From the NCBI GenBank assembly GCA_009914755.4, contig CP086569.2, positions 29,408,001 to 29,472,000 of the forward strand: a stretch of DNA of 64,000 nt, read 5' to 3'. Of this stretch, positions 59,701 through 64,000 are shown one piece after another. Each line of letters opens with the position of its first letter. Position 1 is the first letter of the stretch. Below the pieces are notes generated by a model. The model saw only the letters and a program-made list of their open reading frames with translations, was not told where the DNA came from and made no database searches. Position numbers and translations under genes: made by a program. Source of the stretch: the human T2T-CHM13v2.0 reference genome, Homo sapiens.

Positions 59701-60141
59701 GTATGCAATGCAATCGACTGGCAGGGAATCAAAAGGAATGTAATCGAATGGATTGGACTGGAATGCAATGGACTCGAATAGATTGGAAACGGAAAGCAAA
59801 GGAATGGAATGGAATAGTATGGAATGGAATGGAAAGGAATGGAGTGGAATAGAATAGAGTGGAATGGAATGGACTCGAAAGCAATGGACTGTAATGGAAC
59901 TTTCTTGAATGGACTGGAATCAAACGGAATGGAATGCAATGCAATCAAATGGCATGGAATAAAATAGAATGAAAGAGAATCAAATGGAATTGAATCGAAT
60001 GGAATCGAATGGATTGGAAAGGAATAGAATGGAATGGAATGGAATTGACTCAAATGGAATGGACTAGAATGGAATGGATTCGAATGGAAGGCAAAGGAAT
60101 GGAATGGAATGGAAGGGATTGGAATGGACTCGAATGGAATG
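56704..60141. repeat. HOR unit 18 (3438 bp): a short variant carrying a 620-bp tandem duplication (56806–57425 repeated at 57426–58045) and a ~25-bp deletion near 60100
   Basis: The duplication junction at about 57425 reads 'aaagaaatggaat|gaaatggaatggaaaggattcgaa'. The deletion junction appears twice (about 57296 and about 57917), and the variant 'cgaaagtaatgg' is present in both copies. Confidence 0.75.
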
Positions 60142-62976
60142 GACTGCAATAGAAAGGATTCGAATGGAATGAAAAAGAATTGAATGGAATAGAACAGAAT
60201 GGAATCAAATCGAATGAAATGGAATGGAATAGAAAGGAATGGAATGAAATGGAATGGAAAGGATTCGAATGGAATGCAATCGAATGGAATGGAATCGAAC
60301 GGAATGGAATAAAATGGAAGAAAACTGGCAAGAAATGGAATCGAAATGAATGGAGTGTTATGGAACGGACTCAAAAGTAATTGAATGTAATAGAATGGAG
60401 TGGAGTGGACTCGAATATAATGGACTGGAATCGAATGAAATCACGTGGAATGGGAACGAATGGAATGGAATGGAAAGGAAAGTAATCGAATGGAAGGGAA
60501 TGAAATTGAATCAACAGGAATGGAAGGGAATAGAATAGACGGTAATGGAATGGACTCGAATAGAATGGACACGAATGCTCAAATTGAATGGACTCGAATG
60601 GAATGGAAACGAAAGGAATGTCATCGAATGGAATTGAATCGATTGGAATGAAATCGCATAGAATGGAGTGGAGTCAAATGGAATTGAAACGAAAGCAAAG
60701 GAAGCGAATGGACTGAAATGAAATGGACTCAAATTGAAAGGGCTCGAAAGGAATGGAGTCAAATGGAATGGTCTGGAATGGAATGAACATGAATGTAATG
60801 CAGTCCAATAGAATGGAATCGAATGGCATGGAATATAAAGAAATGGAATCGAAGAGAATGGAAACAAATGGAATGGAATTGAATGGAATGGAATTGAATG
60901 GAATGGGAACGAATGGAGTGAAATTGTATGCAGTAGAAGAGAATAGAATGGAATGCAAGCGAAAGGAAAGGAATGGATTGGAGTGGAATAGAATTCATTG
61001 GAATGGAAGAGAATGTAGTGTAATGGACAGGCCTGGAATAAAGTGGAATGCTACGGTCTCGAATGGAATAAAAATGTATGGAATGGAATGCAATGAAACG
61101 GAATCGAATGTCATAGAATGTAATGGAATGCAAAAAAATGGAATCCAAAATCATTGACTGGAAAGGCTGGGTGTCGAAAGGAATTGACTCCAATGGAATG
61201 GAATCGAATGGAATGGAAGTGAATAGAATCGAACTAAATCGAATGGAATGGAATTGATAGGAACGGAATGGAAAGGAATGCAATGATTTGGCATGGAATG
61301 GAATCGAATGGCATCGAATGGAATGGAATGGAATGCAATGGAATGGAATGTATTAGAATGTAATGAACATTAATGGAATGTACTCGAATGGATTCGACTG
61401 GCATGGAATGTTCTGGAAGTGAATGGAATCCAATGGAATGGATTCAAAAGGAATGGAATCGTACGGAATGGAATCTAATGGAATGGAATTAAATGGAAAT
61501 GAATCAAATTGAATAGCACGGAATTGAATTGAATGGAATCGAATGCAATGGAATCTAATGAAACGGAAAGGAAAGGAATGGAATGGAATGGAATGGGCTG
61601 GAATGGAAAGGAATCGAAACGAATGGAATGGAATCGAACTGAAGAGACTGGAATGGAATGCACTGGAATGGAAGGGAGTGTAATGGAAGGTTCTCGACAA
61701 AAATGGAATCGAATGGAATGGAATTGAATGGAACGGAATAGAGTCGAATGGAATTGAATGGAATGGAATGGACTAGAGTGAAATGGAATCGAACCACAAG
61801 GAATGGACAGGAATAGAATGGTCTCGAATTGAATGGAATCGTATGGAATGGCATCAAACGGAATGGAATGGACAGCCACGGAATGGAATGCACTCGAATG
61901 CAATGGAGACGAAACTAATGGACTGGAATAGAATGGACTCGACTGGTACGGACTCCAATGGAATGGAATCGAATGGAAGGGAATCGAATGGAATGGACTC
62001 GAAGGGAAAAGACTGCAATGGAAAGGTATCGAATGGAATGGAAATTAATGGAATGGAATGGAATCGAATGAAATGGAGTCAAAAGGAATGGAATCGAATG
62101 GCAAGAAATCGAATGTAATGGAATCGCAAGGAATTGATGTGAACGGAACGGAATGGAATGGAATCCAAAGGAATGGAATAGAATGGAATGGAATCGAATG
62201 GAAAGGACTCGAATGGAAATCACTCGAATAGAAAGCAATTTAATAAAATAGGATCAAATGGAATGGAATGGAATGGAAAGGAATCGAAACGAAAGGAATG
62301 GAGACAGATGGAATGGAATGGAACAGAGAGCAATGGTATAGAATGGAATGGAATCATCTGGAATGGAATTGAATGGAATGGAATAATATGAAATGGAATG
62401 GAATGGAATGGAATGCCTTTGAATTAAATGGACTGGAATGGAATGGACTCGAACAGAGTGGAATGGAAAGTGATGAGATAGAATGGAATGGACTCCTTTG
62501 GAATGGTGTAGTATGCAATGCAATCGACTGGCAGGGAATCAAAAGGAATGTAATCGAATGGATTGGACTGGAATGCAATGGACTCGAATAGATTGGAAAC
62601 GGAATGCAAAGGAATGGAATGGAATAGTATGGAATGGAATGGAAAGAAATGGAGTGGAACAGACTAGAGTGGAATGGAATGGACTCGAAAGCAATGGACT
62701 GGAATGGAACTTTCTTGAATGGACTGGAATCAAACGGAATGGAATGCAATGCAATCAAATGGCATGGAATAAAATAGAATGAAAGAGAATCAAATGGAAT
62801 TGAATCGAATGGAATGGAATGGATTGGAAAGGAATAGAATGGAATGGAATGGAATTGACTCAAATGGAATGGACTAGAATGGAATGGATTCGAATGGAAG
62901 GCAAAGGAATGGAATCTATTGGAATGGACTGTAATGGAATGGAATGGAAGGGATTGGAATGGACTCGAATGGAATG
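60142..62976. repeat. HOR unit 19, short variant (2835 bp), close copy of unit 17
   Basis: ORF 62483..62782 is identical to 56210..56509. The METK and NRKQFNK variants are shared. Confidence 0.8.
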
Positions 62977-64000
62977 GACTGCAATAGAAAGGATTCGAAT
63001 GGAATGAAAAAGAATTGAATGGAATAGAACAGAATGGAATCAAATCGAATGAAATGGAATGGAATAGAAAGGAATGGAATGAAATGGAATGGAAAGGATT
63101 CGAATGGAATGCAATCGAATGGAATGGAATCGAACGGAATGGAATAAAATGGAAGAAAACTGGCAAGAAATGGAATCGAAATGAATGGAGTGTTATGGAA
63201 CGGACTCAAAAGGAATTGAATGTAATAGAATGGAGTGGAGTGGACTCGAATATAATGGACTGGAATGGAATGAAATCACGTGGAATGGGAACGAATGGAA
63301 TGGAATGGAAAGGAAAGTAATCGAATGGAAGGGAATGAAATTGAATCAACAGGAATGGAAGGGAATAGAATAGACGGTAATGGAATGGACTCGAATAGAA
63401 TGGACACGAATGCTCAAATTGAATGGACTCGAATGGAATGGAAACGAAAGGAATGTCATCGAATGGAATTGAATCGATTGGAATGAAATCGCATAGAATG
63501 GAGTGGAGTCAAATGGAATTGAAACGAAAGCAAAGGAAGCGAATGGACTGAAATGAAATGGACTCAAATTGAAAGGGCTCGAAAGGAATGGAGTCAAATG
63601 GAATGGTCTGGAATGGAATGAACACGAATGTAATGCAATCCAATAGAATGGAATCGAATGGCATGGAATATAAAGAAATGGAATCGAAGAGAATGGAAAC
63701 AAATGGAATGGAATTGAATGGAATGGAATTGAATGGAATGGGAACGAATGGAGTGAAATTGTATGCAGTAGAAGAGAATAGAATGGAATGCAAGCGAAAG
63801 GAAAGGAATGGATTGGAATGGAATGGAATTCATTGGAATGGAAGAGAATGTAGTGTAATGGACAGGCCTGGAATAAAGTGGAATGCTACGGTCTCGAATG
63901 GAATAAAAATGTATGGAATGGAATGCAATGAAACGGAATCGAATGTCATAGAATGTAATGGAATGCAAAAAAATGGAATCCAAAATCATTGACTGGAAAG
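62977..64000. repeat. HOR unit 20, partial (truncated by the window end), short-variant type
   Basis: The unit landmark is at 62977 and the fused deletion-junction ORF is at 63346..63702. Confidence 0.75.

Larger units (their letters stand above)
1..64000. repeat. Satellite III (HSat3) (GGAAT)n array organised as a ~3.56-kb higher-order repeat; DYZ1-like (human Yq12). No genes.
   Basis: The window is saturated with GGAATGGAAT and CGAATGGAAT pentamer variants. Unit landmarks such as 'gactgcaatagaaaggattcgaatggaatgaaaaagaattg' recur at 1, 3570, 7154 and so on. ORF-track peptides repeat with periods of 3569, 3584 and similar. About one GGCC site falls in each unit. Confidence 0.9.

Noticed and set aside
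1-64000. Hundreds of ORFs of 60–379 aa on both strands in the six-frame track (for example 2842..3759 − 305 aa and 39652..40791 − 379 aa)
   Set aside because: GGAAT/ATTCC pentamers contain no stop codon in any frame, so long ORFs arise by chance. The peptides are low-complexity pentamer translations, W/N/G/M/E-rich on + and F/H/S/I/P-rich on −. They overlap one another on both strands. They repeat with the satellite period. ORF length changes track single-base indels. I see no start-context or codon-usage signal. They are not genes.
1-64000. CRISPR-like regularity (regularly spaced repeats)
   Set aside because: There are no unique spacers between repeats and no cas-like ORFs. The periodicity is 5 bp and about 3.56 kb in a eukaryotic satellite, not 28–37-bp direct repeats with spacers.
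1-64000. Alpha-satellite or HSat2 classification
   Set aside because: There is no 171-bp periodicity and no CENP-B box. HSat2 is a more degenerate (CATTCGATTCCATTCGATGAT-type) repeat without a 3.56-kb HOR. This sequence is dominated by clean GGAAT pentamers with a 3.56-kb HOR, which is the HSat3/DYZ1 signature.
1-64000. GAA-rich sequence as canonical heat-shock elements or promoters
   Set aside because: The GAA trimers are in direct 5-bp register, not the alternating inverted nGAAnnTTCn arrangement of a heat-shock element. No TATA or Inr context is distinguishable from the repeat background. Any HSF1 association would rest on outside knowledge of HSat3, not on a motif seen here.

Overview
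The whole 64-kb window is one uninterrupted human-type satellite III array, a (GGAAT)n/(ATTCC)n pentamer array with the purine-rich GGAAT strand given as +. It is organised into a tandem higher-order repeat (HOR) of about 3.56 kb, with 19 complete units and one partial unit, all in the same orientation. The 3.56-kb periodicity, the pentameric composition and what appears to be a single HaeIII (GGCC) site per unit match the classical Y-chromosome DYZ1 repeat of Yq12, which I recall as a roughly 3.4–3.56 kb HaeIII unit. I find no protein-coding genes, RNA genes, mobile elements, CRISPR arrays or non-satellite inserts. Every ORF in the supplied six-frame track is an artefact, because the GGAAT/ATTCC pentamer contains no stop codon in any frame; this gives the W/N/G/M/E-rich peptides on + and the F/H/S/I/P-rich peptides on −. 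I also find no sign of a novel gene system here. The informative signal is structural variation inside the array. First, a recurrent deletion of about 710 bp gives 2.84-kb units (9 of the 20 units), apparently absent before about 21.9 kb and interspersed with full-length units after that. Second, one 4.1-kb unit carries an internal segment re-insertion. Third, a 620-bp intra-unit tandem duplication arose after the deletion. Fourth, recently duplicated multi-unit super-repeats of about 6.4 kb (27593–40388) and about 3.55 kb (43927–51024) are near-identical copy to copy. Fifth, pure (GGAAT)n tracts vary in length between units. Sixth, one unit has lost its HaeIII site.
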